From an uncultured Acidobacteriota bacterium (GTDB lineage Bacteria; Acidobacteriota; UBA6911): 61,101 nt of DNA. Below are positions 38,916 through 48,792 of the stretch, piece after piece. Under the pieces are notes generated by a model, which did no database searches, had not been told where the DNA came from, and worked only from the letters and a program-made list of their open reading frames with translations. How positions within the stretch are numbered: the first letter of the stretch is position 1; every line of letters begins with the position of its first letter. The stretch covers positions 1 to 61,101 of the forward strand of contig CAZPHK010000004.1 of the NCBI GenBank assembly GCA_964586015.1. The letters run 5' to 3'. A program made the position numbers and the translations under genes.

Positions 38916-39881
38916 ATGGATGGGAAACTGCCGGGCTGGATTGCGAAATATCTGGATTACCTGCGTTATCAAAAAAATGCCTCATCCCATACTATACGAA
39001 ACTATGCTTCCGACCTGCAGCAGTTCCTCGAATGCCTGACGCACACGCCGGAGGGAGGGCAGCGATCAGAGCCGGAACTGGAGCAGATAGACAATCTCAC
39101 AATTCGGGAATTTCTCGGGACCCTCTATCAGAAGAGGAACAAGAAATCTTCAATCGCCAGGAAGCTTGCATCCGTCCGTTCCTTTATGAAATTTCTGTCC
39201 ATGCAGGAGGCGATCGGGACAAATCCCGCCAGGAGCGTTGTTTCCCCGAAACAGGAAAGCCGGCTTCCGGACTACCTGGCAATCGATTCTGTTGTAAGCC
39301 TGGTCGAATCTCCCGATACGGGCACCGACCTGGGAAAGCGCGACCGCGCGATTCTGGAGCTGCTGTATGCCGCAGGTATCCGTGTCGGCGAACTGGTCGG
39401 GCTGAATCTGGGTGATGTCAGCCTGGATGAAGGGCTTGTGCGCGTTCTGGGAAAGGGCTCCAAGGAACGCATAGTTCCGTTCGGCACACGGGCGCGCGAA
39501 ACCCTGGAGGCGTACCTGAGGGTCAGGGGAAATCTCATCCGGGCCAAAGGATTGCCGCAATCCGGGAAGCGCTGTACCGAAGGGGCGGCCGTTTTTCTGA
39601 ATGCCCGCGGCGGGAGATTGACGGCCAGAAGTGTGTGGAATATCGTCGACTGCCATGTCGGATGCCTTGCCGAAAGGCTGAAAGTGCATCCCCATACGCT
39701 CCGCCATACCTTTGCAACCCACATGCTGAATGCAGGCGCCGATCTGCGCACTATCCAGGAGCTTCTGGGGCATGAAAGCCTGTCGACGACCCAGAAATAC
39801 ACTCATGTCTCCGTGGAGCAGTTGATCCGGGTTTATGAGTCCTGTCATCCTCGAGCCGGAAATAAATCGATTAAGCCATGA
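38916..39881 (+). CDS. xerC: Tyrosine recombinase XerC
   Basis: RDRAILELLYAAGIRVGEL, GKGSKER, HPHTLRHTFATH, IQELLGHESLSTTQKY; follows trmFO as in the usual chromosomal context. Confidence 0.9.
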   Translation: MDGKLPGWIAKYLDYLRYQKNASSHTIRNYASDLQQFLECLTHTPEGGQRSEPELEQIDNLTIREFLGTLYQKRNKKSSIARKLASVRSFMKFLSMQEAIGTNPARSVVSPKQESRLPDYLAIDSVVSLVESPDTGTDLGKRDRAILELLYAAGIRVGELVGLNLGDVSLDEGLVRVLGKGSKERIVPFGTRARETLEAYLRVRGNLIRAKGLPQSGKRCTEGAAVFLNARGGRLTARSVWNIVDCHVGCLAERLKVHPHTLRHTFATHMLNAGADLRTIQELLGHESLSTTQKYTHVSVEQLIRVYESCHPRAGNKSIKP

Positions 39882-40105
39882 GCTCAATCAAAGTCGAATG
39901 TTATGCCGGATTTAAGGGAAGCCAGTACCCGCTTCGTTTTTCCCTGCGGGACCTCGTATTGGAAGTCGTGCGGGTCGAAGATCAATGGTATAGTCCTTCG
40001 GAACAATACTTTAAAGTCCTTGCAGGCGACGGTAACATTTATATTCTATGCCATGACGAAGGCGACGACAGCTGGAGCCTGACTGCGTTCCGGAAAACAG
40101 ACTGA
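39878..40105 (+). CDS. Small conserved hypothetical protein (75 aa)
   Basis: ATGA overlap with xerC; VECYAG..., EDQWY, YFKV, W-S-L pattern that I recall from a widespread small family (DUF6504-like; unverified). Confidence 0.7.
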   Translation: MSSIKVECYAGFKGSQYPLRFSLRDLVLEVVRVEDQWYSPSEQYFKVLAGDGNIYILCHDEGDDSWSLTAFRKTD

Positions 40106-40141
40106 GTGGCTGTTGATACTTGTGATTCACGTAACTTTGTT

Positions 40142-40176
40142 TTTAATTTTCAATCCGGAATCTTCAATTTTTAATC
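40142..40176 (-). repeat. Heptamer tandem repeat (x5)
   Basis: tttaatt ttcaatc cggaatc ttcaatt tttaatc. Confidence 0.7.
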
Positions 40177-40195
40177 TTTTTTTGGAAGGAATCCC

Positions 40196-42820
40196 GTGAC
40201 TCCCAAGCGTCTTTTCCTGATCGACGGCATGTCCCATATCTACCGCGCTTTCTATGCGATACGCAGCCTGAGCAATTCCAGCGGAATGCCTACGAATGCC
40301 GTTTTCGGCTTCACTTCCATGTTGCGTAAATTGATACAGGAGCAGAAGCCGGAATACATAGGCGTGGCGCTGGATCTGGAGGGGCCCACCGTCCGCCATG
40401 AGAAATATGAGGATTACAAGGCGACCCGCAAACCGACGCCCCCGGATCTTATCCAGCAGATACCGTATATAAGAAAGGTCTGCGAGGTGTTTCGTGTTCC
40501 GGTTATCGGATACGAAGGATACGAGGCCGATGATGTGATCGGGACTCTTGCGTCCCAGGCGACGGAGCGGGGGCTGGAAACCGTGATTGTGACGAGCGAC
40601 AAGGATATGCTGCAGCTGGTGTCGAATCACGTACGCGTTCTCGACACAATGAAGAATAATCTTGTACTGGACAGTTTGAAGGTTATGGAGAAACTGGGCG
40701 TCCGTCCGGACCAGGTAAACGATTTGCTGGGTTTATGGGGAGACGCATCGGACAATATACCGGGTGCGCCCGGCATCGGTGAAAAAGGCGCGCGCGAGCT
40801 GATTCAGGCATTCGGCAGCATCGAGGCCCTGCTGCAGGATCCGGACAAGGTCGAAAAAAAGTCCTATCGGGAAAGCCTGCGCAATAATGCCGATCTCATT
40901 CGAATGAGCCGGGATCTGGCTACAATCCGCAAAGACCTTCCAATCGATCTTGACCTTCAATCGCTGGTACTTTCCGAGCCGGACAGAAAATCCGCGTATG
41001 CATTGTTTTCGGAGCTGGAATTCAATTCTCTGAAGCAGGAATTCCACGATGAGCAGAAGCGTCCTCCCGTGAAAGCAAAATGGCTTTCGGATTCCGGATC
41101 CGACGGCCTCAAGGAAAAACCGGCGGCCGAATCGGGGTTGTACGTGCAGCTGGGCTGTACCGAAGATTCTTTCGGACGAAAAAGCGCCAGATTCGGATGC
41201 ATTCTCGGCGATTCCGGAGATGCCGTCCTGTTCGATTTCAGCAAAAAGGCCGATACCGGATTCTGGCGCCGGCTCATGGAAGACGCTGCGTTGAAGAAAA
41301 TATGCTGGGATTCCAAGCTCTGGCTGCTTTCCCAGCAGCATATTGAAGTGCAGGCGGCGGACGCGCCGGAAGATGCAATGCTGATGGCTTTTTTAACGGC
41401 CCCGAACGCCGGAGATTATTCCCTGAAGCGTTGGGCGATGGACCAGCTGGATGTTTCATTATCCGATGAGAAGATTGAAAATGGACGCCTGCTTCCTCCG
41501 GATCCGGACAAGACGGCCGACGGCCTGTGCCGCCAGGTTGAGTCCCTCCGGAAGCTGTACGAAGCGCTGCGGCCGCGGCTGGACCAGCAGCAGCTGCACA
41601 ATCTTTACAGAGAGATTGAACACCCTCTGGTTCCCGTGCTGGCGGATATGGAAGACACGGGAATCAAAGTGGATCGTGAAATACTGCGGCGAATGTCTTC
41701 CGAAATGGAAAAACAGCTCGACGGGCTGACAACCGGTATTTACGAAGCCGCTGGAGAGGAATTCAATATCAACTCACCGAAACAGCTCGGAGCCATCCTG
41801 TTCGAGAAACTGAACCTTCCGATCCGAAAGAAAACGCGCAAGACGGGATCCTACAGTACGGACCAGGCCGTGCTTGAGGAGCTCGCTCAAACCTATGAAC
41901 TGCCGAAGCTGGTTCTCGAGTTCCGGCAGATAGCCAAGCTCAAGTCCACCTATGTGGATGCCCTTCCTGCACTGATCCATCCGCGGACCGGCAGAGTGCA
42001 CACATCCTTCAACCAGACCGGGGCCGCGACGGGACGCCTGTCGAGTTCCGATCCGAACCTGCAGAATATCCCAATCCGGTCTGAAGCGGGGCGCCGGATC
42101 CGGAGGGCTTTTGTCGCCGAAGAGGGAAACGTACTGATTTCGGCGGATTATTCCCAGGTGGAATTGCGTGTTCTGGCGCACCTTTCCGGGGACGAAGTTC
42201 TGGTCGATGCCTTTCAGGCGAACGAGGACATACACGACCGAACGGCGCGTGAAGTTTTCAGCGCCGCTGAAATGGAAAATCCGGCCGAATGCCGCCGGCG
42301 TGCCAAAGTGATCAACTTCGGGATTATTTACGGGCTCTCTGCGTTCGGGCTTTCTCAGACGCTGGGTATTTCGAGAGAGAAGTCACAGGCTTTTATCGAT
42401 GCCTATTTCCAGCGTTATCGAGGCGTGCGGGTCTGGCTGGACGAGACAATCGAAGAAACCCGCCGCACCGGCATCGTAAGGACTCTTTTCGGAAGAATAC
42501 GCCCCATCCCGGATATCCACAGCAAGGATTACAATACGAGGCAATTTGCCGAGCGAACTGCGGTGAACAGCCCGATTCAGGGTACCGCGGCGGATATAAT
42601 CAAGATCGCCATGATCCGGGTCCATAAGGCTTTACTGCAAAGACGGCTTTCGTCTAAAATTCTATTGCAGGTCCATGACGAGCTGGTTCTTGAAGTTCCT
42701 GAACCGGAAGCGGAAAAAGTGGCCGCGCTTGTTCGGGAGGAGATGGAAGGAGCGGCATCACTCGCCGTGCCGCTTAAAGTGGATTTAAAGGTTGCGGATA
42801 ATTGGATGGACGCAAAATAA
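40196..42820 (+). CDS. polA: DNA polymerase I
   Basis: LIDGMSHIYRAFYA, EADDVIGTL, GAPGIGEKGA, TGRLSSSDPNLQNIP, ADYSQVELR, AKVINFGIIYG, LQVHDEL. Confidence 0.98.
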   Translation: MTPKRLFLIDGMSHIYRAFYAIRSLSNSSGMPTNAVFGFTSMLRKLIQEQKPEYIGVALDLEGPTVRHEKYEDYKATRKPTPPDLIQQIPYIRKVCEVFRVPVIGYEGYEADDVIGTLASQATERGLETVIVTSDKDMLQLVSNHVRVLDTMKNNLVLDSLKVMEKLGVRPDQVNDLLGLWGDASDNIPGAPGIGEKGARELIQAFGSIEALLQDPDKVEKKSYRESLRNNADLIRMSRDLATIRKDLPIDLDLQSLVLSEPDRKSAYALFSELEFNSLKQEFHDEQKRPPVKAKWLSDSGSDGLKEKPAAESGLYVQLGCTEDSFGRKSARFGCILGDSGDAVLFDFSKKADTGFWRRLMEDAALKKICWDSKLWLLSQQHIEVQAADAPEDAMLMAFLTAPNAGDYSLKRWAMDQLDVSLSDEKIENGRLLPPDPDKTADGLCRQVESLRKLYEALRPRLDQQQLHNLYREIEHPLVPVLADMEDTGIKVDREILRRMSSEMEKQLDGLTTGIYEAAGEEFNINSPKQLGAILFEKLNLPIRKKTRKTGSYSTDQAVLEELAQTYELPKLVLEFRQIAKLKSTYVDALPALIHPRTGRVHTSFNQTGAATGRLSSSDPNLQNIPIRSEAGRRIRRAFVAEEGNVLISADYSQVELRVLAHLSGDEVLVDAFQANEDIHDRTAREVFSAAEMENPAECRRRAKVINFGIIYGLSAFGLSQTLGISREKSQAFIDAYFQRYRGVRVWLDETIEETRRTGIVRTLFGRIRPIPDIHSKDYNTRQFAERTAVNSPIQGTAADIIKIAMIRVHKALLQRRLSSKILLQVHDELVLEVPEPEAEKVAALVREEMEGAASLAVPLKVDLKVADNWMDAK

Positions 42821-42902
42821 ATCGGAACCGGGGTCGCCGGTTTACGTCTACTAAAAAAGCCGGATATAGGTGCGGATTCGGGGCAGACATGAAACCGGCA
42901 TT

Positions 42903-42931
42903 TTGATGATTCTAAACTATTGTAGTATAAA
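42903..42931 (+). promoter_or_regulatory. Candidate sigma70-type promoter for the ECF operon
   Basis: TTGATG-17 nt-TATAAA. Confidence 0.4.
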
Positions 42932-42958
42932 GATTTATAAAGAAAACAACTGAAGCCG

Positions 42959-43633
42959 ATGGGTTTCCGAAAAGAGGAGAAAATATTGCCTTCAGAACTC
43001 CGGGAAGAATCCATAAGACTCCCTGCCATCGGACGGGGTATTTCCGAGGATGCACGAACCACCGACAATGACCTGGTGAGGGATTTCATTTCCGGCAACG
43101 ACGAGGCCTTCGCACAGCTTGTCGGCAAGTACAAGGACGCGATAACCAACTATATCAATATGATTATCGGAGATTACGATACGTCCGTCGATCTCTGCCA
43201 GGAGACATTTCTCAGGGTGTACCGGAATATCGGCCGATACAGCAATCTTTACCAGTTTTCCACATGGATTTACCGGATAGCCACGAATCTTGCGATCGAT
43301 GAGCTGCGGTACCGTAAACGTCGCGGTCGTGTTTTTCATCGAAACGTCTGGGGTAAAAGAAATTCGGAGGAGGACAGCGCTCCGGAATACGAAGTCGCGG
43401 ATGTCCGGTCCGATCCCAGAGACGAAATATTGCGGAAGGAAAGCGGCCGGGTTCTGAAGGACGCCATAAGGTCGCTGCCCGAGAAGTACAGGACCGCATT
43501 TATAATGAGAGAAGTTCAGGAATTGCCCTACGAGGCGATTTCTACAATATTGAAGTGTTCGGCCGGGACGATAAAGTCCCGGCTTCATCGGGCGCGGGAA
43601 TTGCTCCAAAGGAAATTGGAACACTACAGGTAA
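42959..43633 (+). CDS. ECF sigma factor (RpoE/SigW-like)
   Basis: DLCQETFLRVY, FSTWIYRIATN, LPEKYRTAF, YEAIS, GTIKSRLHRAR. Confidence 0.93.
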   Translation: MGFRKEEKILPSELREESIRLPAIGRGISEDARTTDNDLVRDFISGNDEAFAQLVGKYKDAITNYINMIIGDYDTSVDLCQETFLRVYRNIGRYSNLYQFSTWIYRIATNLAIDELRYRKRRGRVFHRNVWGKRNSEEDSAPEYEVADVRSDPRDEILRKESGRVLKDAIRSLPEKYRTAFIMREVQELPYEAISTILKCSAGTIKSRLHRARELLQRKLEHYR

Positions 43634-43708
43634 TTCCTCTTGCCCGGTTATGTATCACGGCCAAGAACTATTCAGGGTTCAAGCCCCTTATGGAATGGAA
43701 AGAACATT

Positions 43709-44392
43709 ATGAACTGCCGTACATTTCAAAAGAACCTTGAAGATTACCTGGAAAACGGATTGGATTTTGCAGGCCGTTTCGGGATGGAAAGGCACGCACG
43801 GCAATGCGCCCGATGCGGCCGTGAATTGGCCGCCGCTCAGCGATTGAGCCGGCTGGTTCGCGGACTCGATAAGGTAAAGGCCCCTCCGAATTTCGAAACG
43901 GTTGTTCTCAATGAAATAGGAGAGCGCAAGCTGCACAGCCGTTTCCCGATGTTGCGCAGTTTCCTGGTATTCGGCTTCGGCATGCTGTCCTGGAAACAAT
44001 ACGCATTGGCGGCCTCTGTTGTTCTTGTTCTCGGATCGGGATTTCTCTACTGGAAGAGTCTTGAGGACCGAAATCAGCCTGACCCTTCAAAATGGACGAA
44101 TGCCGATTCCGTCGACCGTACCGATATCGACCGGAATGAGAAAGGCCGCGTTCCCTCCATGGCGAATGCGGGGATGTCCGGGGAAAATACCGGATTCACT
44201 AAGGACCGGCCCTTTGACGCTGTTTCCGATGAAGGACCATATTCCGATTATCGTACAAGCGAATCGGGTTACAGGGAATACCGGGCAATAGGTCCGGATA
44301 ATCTTCCGATGATTATGTCGTTACCGGACAGGATCCATATGCTGGTGACTCCTCCTTCGGAAGAGTACTTTATTAGAAATGTCAGCCATTGA
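43709..44392 (+). CDS. Zinc-finger (zf-HC2/ZAS) anti-sigma factor with TM helix
   Basis: MNC...HARQCARC (HxxxCxxC); one TM segment; follows the ECF sigma. Confidence 0.88.
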   Translation: MNCRTFQKNLEDYLENGLDFAGRFGMERHARQCARCGRELAAAQRLSRLVRGLDKVKAPPNFETVVLNEIGERKLHSRFPMLRSFLVFGFGMLSWKQYALAASVVLVLGSGFLYWKSLEDRNQPDPSKWTNADSVDRTDIDRNEKGRVPSMANAGMSGENTGFTKDRPFDAVSDEGPYSDYRTSESGYREYRAIGPDNLPMIMSLPDRIHMLVTPPSEEYFIRNVSH

Positions 44393-45800
44393 ATCGGTTA
44401 TGGCACCCATGATTCCAACTCGTTCAATCCGTCTTGCCGGTTTTCCCGCTCTTTTTACGATCGCAGCCTGCCTGTTCACGGCCCATATCGGCTATACGCA
44501 GTCTTCCTCGGAGGCATTGAATGATGCGCTGGTCCGCGTGAATGTGACGTTCGAAATTCGCGGTGCGGAAGATGTTCTGGAGTTCAGAAAACGACTTCTC
44601 GACGATTACAAACCTGTTTTTATACAGAATTTTCCTTCAACAGGCATTATTCTGGATCGACGGGATCAGGTCATGGCCTTTCTGGGAGTCGGCAAATATT
44701 TTATCCCGGACAGTGCCAAGTACGAGATTGTCACTTCGAAAGGTCAGCTTTATACAGGGAAACTGGTCGGTATCGACCGGGGCAACGGTGCGGCCTTAAT
44801 CCGAATCCCGGACCATACCCTCAAAAAGACCCACGTTTGTGTCGGATGCGCAATCGGTGCAGGGACTGTTGTTCTCGCACCGTTTAAAGGGCCGTCCGGA
44901 ACACTATTCCAGGAAGCCCGGATTATTTCCACTGAATTAAACAGGGATGCTCAGGGACAGAGCGCCTGGAAAATCAGGATGAATCGGCCGTTTCTTGAGG
45001 AACGGTACCCGGTGTTTACACAGGACCGGCAGGCGCTTGGGTTTATTGAAAAGGATGAAAGTGTGCGGTATGTCCTCCATCCCGTTTCCGAGCTGCTCTC
45101 TTCAGTCGAGAAAATCATTGATAACAATGGAGATATCCGCAACGGCTATCTGGGAATTCTTCCGGATGATTATCGCAGCGGCCAGGTTTCCGGCGTCATT
45201 ATCAAAAGCGTTACGCCCGGCAGTCCCGCCCAGAAAGCCGGACTCGCCGTTCACGATATCGTGCTCCAGTACGATGGCCGGGATGTCCTGAATGCTTCCC
45301 AGTTTGTTGATCTCGTGCAGGCAACGTCTGTCGGATCCGACGTGGAAATCAGAGTTCTGAGAAGGGGAAAGCCTACGATCCTGAACGCACAGATTCAGAC
45401 GCGGAAGCTCGGGGATCCGATGGATTTCCTGCTGAAGAATATTCAGAATACGATCAATTCGGAATTGGCCGATATTTTCCCCCCACAGGGGGGGCAGCCT
45501 CGCATGCATGCAGTCGGATTTAATACGGTTGTCCTGACGCCGGCGGTCGCCGACGAGCTTCAAATTCAGAGGCGGTCGGGACTTCTGGTCTATAACCTTG
45601 TGAAACAGACCCCCGCGGGACTGGCCGGAATAAAGAACGGGGACGTTATCGTCTCGGTCAACGAACAACCCTTCTCGGACGCATCTCAATTTTTTTCCTA
45701 TCTGCAATCGCTTCAATCGGGATCGACGGTCACGATGAAAGTCGACCGCAACGGTTCGGAGCAAATCATCTCCTTCAAGTTGCCCGGGCAGAATCAATAG
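44379..45800 (+). CDS. HtrA/DegP-like protein with two PDZ domains and degenerate protease domain
   Basis: Overlaps the anti-sigma gene; GYLGI, VTPGSPAQKAGL and TPAGLAGIKNGD PDZ motifs; no His, Asp or GNSGG triad motifs. Confidence 0.85.
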   Translation: MSAIESVMAPMIPTRSIRLAGFPALFTIAACLFTAHIGYTQSSSEALNDALVRVNVTFEIRGAEDVLEFRKRLLDDYKPVFIQNFPSTGIILDRRDQVMAFLGVGKYFIPDSAKYEIVTSKGQLYTGKLVGIDRGNGAALIRIPDHTLKKTHVCVGCAIGAGTVVLAPFKGPSGTLFQEARIISTELNRDAQGQSAWKIRMNRPFLEERYPVFTQDRQALGFIEKDESVRYVLHPVSELLSSVEKIIDNNGDIRNGYLGILPDDYRSGQVSGVIIKSVTPGSPAQKAGLAVHDIVLQYDGRDVLNASQFVDLVQATSVGSDVEIRVLRRGKPTILNAQIQTRKLGDPMDFLLKNIQNTINSELADIFPPQGGQPRMHAVGFNTVVLTPAVADELQIQRRSGLLVYNLVKQTPAGLAGIKNGDVIVSVNEQPFSDASQFFSYLQSLQSGSTVTMKVDRNGSEQIISFKLPGQNQ

Positions 45801-45808
45801 AATTTTAT

Positions 45809-46852
45809 TTAATTTTTTGTTTCCGCCAATGCCTGCTCCCATCGCCAGGCGGAGCGCATCATGTCGTCAAGATCCCTTTCGGCCTTCCAGCCGAGTTCGC
45901 TGTTCGCAAGGGAAGTATCCGCCCACACCTTGACGATGTCGCCATAGCGGCGGCCGACGAAACGATAGTTCAGTTTCCGCCCCGATACTCGTTCGAACGA
46001 CCGGATTGCTTCGAGGACGCTGTATCCTTTGCCGGTGCCGAGATTGAAAATTTCGTAGTCCGCTTTTGTTTTGTTTTCGATCATCCGGCTGACGGCGACA
46101 ACGTGCGCCTCGGCCAGATCGACAACATGAATGTAATCCCGGATCGGTGTGCCGTCCGGAGTGTTGTAATCGGACCCGAAAACATTTAAGCAATCGCGCT
46201 TTCCGATTCCTGTCTGTGTAATAAAGGGTGCAAGGTTGTTGGGAATTCCCCGCGGAAGCTCTCCGATCAGGGCCGATTCGTGGGCTCCTACGGGATTGAA
46301 GTACCTGAGGGCGATGGTTTTGATGCCGTAGGCATCGACTGAAAAACGAAGGATTTCTTCCGACATTTGCTTCGTATTGCCGTAAGCGGACAAGGCTTTC
46401 TTGATGGGGGACGTTTCCTTGACCGGCAGCTCGTCCGGCTGGCCGTATACGGTACAGGATGAAGAGAATACCAGATTGGCAACCTTGTACTTTTGCATCC
46501 CTTCAAGGATATTCATCAGGGATACCAGGTTGTTGCGATAGTACATCAGGGGTTTTTCCATCGATTCGCCGACCGCTTTATGGGCGGCGAAATGGACGAC
46601 GCCCGCCAGGTCGGCATTCGATGCGAAAAAGGAGTCCGTTTTATCGGTATCGACAAGGTCGAACTCGTGGAATTCCGGCCTTGTGCCGGTAATCTCACCG
46701 ATTCGGTCAATCACCCCCCCGTGGGAATTGGACAGGTTGTCGATGACGATTACCTGGAAACCGTGTTGTTGCAGGGCAACAACCGTGTGCGATCCTATGT
46801 AGCCGGCACCTCCGGTCACCACTACTTTCATTTTCTGTTCGCTTTGAGTCAT
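45809..46852 (-). CDS. galE: UDP-glucose 4-epimerase
   Basis: TGGAGYIGSH, HFAAHKAVGES, FSSSCTVYG, YGNTK, LRYFNPVGAH, RDYIHVVDLA; start may be 46831. Confidence 0.96.
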   Translation of the reverse strand: MTQSEQKMKVVVTGGAGYIGSHTVVALQQHGFQVIVIDNLSNSHGGVIDRIGEITGTRPEFHEFDLVDTDKTDSFFASNADLAGVVHFAAHKAVGESMEKPLMYYRNNLVSLMNILEGMQKYKVANLVFSSSCTVYGQPDELPVKETSPIKKALSAYGNTKQMSEEILRFSVDAYGIKTIALRYFNPVGAHESALIGELPRGIPNNLAPFITQTGIGKRDCLNVFGSDYNTPDGTPIRDYIHVVDLAEAHVVAVSRMIENKTKADYEIFNLGTGKGYSVLEAIRSFERVSGRKLNYRFVGRRYGDIVKVWADTSLANSELGWKAERDLDDMMRSAWRWEQALAETKN

Positions 46853-46979
46853 AGGTTTCCGAGTTTCAACGATTCCCTGGAAAACGGCTCCCGCATTGGA
46901 ACATCTCTTCAGCGGTATGCGCCGGGCATTGGTTTACGGCGATCATTTTAACTGCGGAGAGGTTGAGAATCAAAGAAAG

Positions 46980-47043
46980 AACGTTCAATATTCGATGTTG
47001 AACGTTCTAACGTTGAACGTTGAACCTCTGACTTTGAACGTTC
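46980..47043. repeat. Heptamer tandem repeat, AACGTTS type (about 9 units)
   Basis: aacgttc aatattc gatgttg aacgttc t aacgttg aacgttg aacctct gactttg aacgttc. Confidence 0.75.
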
Positions 47044-47110
47044 GAACGGACCTTCAACTTGAAATTCCAAAATTCATCGTAGCCTGCTTACTAGGGCAGT
47101 ACCCTTCAAA

Positions 47111-47135
47111 GGGCGAACACAAGGTTCGCCCCTAC
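47111..47135 (-). repeat. GTAG-type REP
   Basis: Minus strand GTAGGGGCGAACCTTGTGTTCGCCC. Confidence 0.88.
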
Positions 47136-47268
47136 GGACAATAATGTCGGAACAATAATTCCGACCGCGGACTGCTGGCTCCAATTCAGCTCCAATCTTC
47201 AATGCTGGAGTTGCAGGTAAAAGTCGGATAAATTATTTATAGGAGCCACAAACAGACCAGGGAGGGAC

Positions 47269-48675
47269 ATGATGACCATCAAAACAAGATTCGGCAGAAA
47301 TTTGACTTTACGGGCGGTTTTTGTCGGACTGGGGATCTTGTTGTCGCTGCCGTTTGTTTACGGGCAGCGCACACAGATGAAGCCGGGATTCAACCTGTTT
47401 TCCGTTCAGCAGGATGTTGAGTTGGGAAGAAGTGTCGCCCAGGATGCCGAGAAGAAACTCCCGATGCTGAACAATGCCCGTGTGGATGATTACCTGAACC
47501 GGTTGGGGAAAAAACTGGCGGCCTATGCACCGGGAGCAAAATATCCCTACCAGTTTAAGTGTGTCAACGATTCCAGTATCAATGCGTTTGCACTGCCCGG
47601 GGGCTTTCTTTTCATCAACCGTGGCGTTATTGAAGCCGCGGACAACGAGGCGGAACTGGCGGGAGTTATCGGGCATGAAATCGGACATGTGGCTCTCAGG
47701 CACGGGACGAACCAGGCCAGCAAGGCGCAGGTGTACCAAGCGCCGCTTGCCATTCTGGGGGGCGTTCTGGGGGGCGATTCGATAGGCGCGGCCCTTGCGC
47801 AGCTCGGCGCCGAATTTGCAGTGAATTCCGTCCTTTTGAAGTATTCCCGGGACGCTGAGCGTCAGGCCGATCTGATCGGGACGCAGATACTGTTCGATGC
47901 GAACTACAATCCCGTCTATATGGCCAGGTTTTTCGAAAAACTGGAGGGCGGGAACCGCGGCACCGATTTTTTCAGCAGCCACCCCAATCCCGGGAACCGG
48001 ATCGAGAATATAGATGTGGAAATCGCCAGGCTGGGATCGCATCCCGGCAAAAGGGTGAACGATACAAGGGAGTTTCGGGAAATCAAGAAACTCGTGCAGT
48101 CCCTTCCCCCCGCTCCGGAGCAGAGCGAGGTTCAGGCACAGGCGTCACAAGGGGAAAACGGAACTCCATCATCGCAGACGGGACGGCAACAGGAGACGCG
48201 CCCGCCGGCTCCATCGAAAAGCTTCCGCAGGTTTTACAGCGAGCATCTCAAGCTTCGGTATCCCGAAAACTGGAAGATATTCGGGCATGAAAAGGAATTT
48301 ACTCTGACTCCCGAGGGAGGGATTCTCCGGAGCGCCGATACATCGACGGTCGCCTATGGTGTTTCGGTGAGTCTGGTTGATATGCCCGCGGGCATCGACC
48401 TGAATGAAGCGACCAATCGGGTGATAGTATCTCTTCAAAGATCCAATCCCGCCATGCGGTTAAAGAGAGATCTGGGGAGTATCCGTGTTGACGGGAAAAA
48501 AGGCCTGTCGAGGCTGTACGAAAACGAATCCCCGGTGGGGGGGCGCGAAAACGACTGGATCGTAACGGTGCTGCGTCCCGAGGGGCTGACGGTTTTCGCT
48601 TTTACTGCACCGGAACGGTATTTCGACGAATACGATAATGTATTCGAGAAAATCCTCGATTCGGTCGATTTCTGA
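47269..48675 (+). CDS. M48 family zinc metalloprotease with C-terminal PsbP-like alpha/beta domain
   Basis: INAFALPGG, GHEIGH (HExxH), YSRDAERQAD, SSHPNP; C-terminal LRYPENW...FEKILDSV; GGGAGGG RBS. Confidence 0.9.
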   Translation: MMTIKTRFGRNLTLRAVFVGLGILLSLPFVYGQRTQMKPGFNLFSVQQDVELGRSVAQDAEKKLPMLNNARVDDYLNRLGKKLAAYAPGAKYPYQFKCVNDSSINAFALPGGFLFINRGVIEAADNEAELAGVIGHEIGHVALRHGTNQASKAQVYQAPLAILGGVLGGDSIGAALAQLGAEFAVNSVLLKYSRDAERQADLIGTQILFDANYNPVYMARFFEKLEGGNRGTDFFSSHPNPGNRIENIDVEIARLGSHPGKRVNDTREFREIKKLVQSLPPAPEQSEVQAQASQGENGTPSSQTGRQQETRPPAPSKSFRRFYSEHLKLRYPENWKIFGHEKEFTLTPEGGILRSADTSTVAYGVSVSLVDMPAGIDLNEATNRVIVSLQRSNPAMRLKRDLGSIRVDGKKGLSRLYENESPVGGRENDWIVTVLRPEGLTVFAFTAPERYFDEYDNVFEKILDSVDF

Positions 48676-48792
48676 TCGGGCACAGATACGATGGGCTGGA
48701 AATTGAATGTTTGCCTGTAATCGGTGTTTCGGTTGAATAAGATAAAAAAAGCAGGAAGCCGGCTATTTACTCCTTACTCCTGTTAGTTCCAA

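Noticed and set aside
38916-39881. Tyrosine recombinase as a prophage or island integrase
   Set aside because: XerC-like size and motifs in trmFO context; no phage genes, tRNA or att repeats seen.
41050-41600. PolA with a degenerate 3'-5' exonuclease domain
   Set aside because: Loss of proofreading motifs in PolA is common in many bacterial lineages; not novel.
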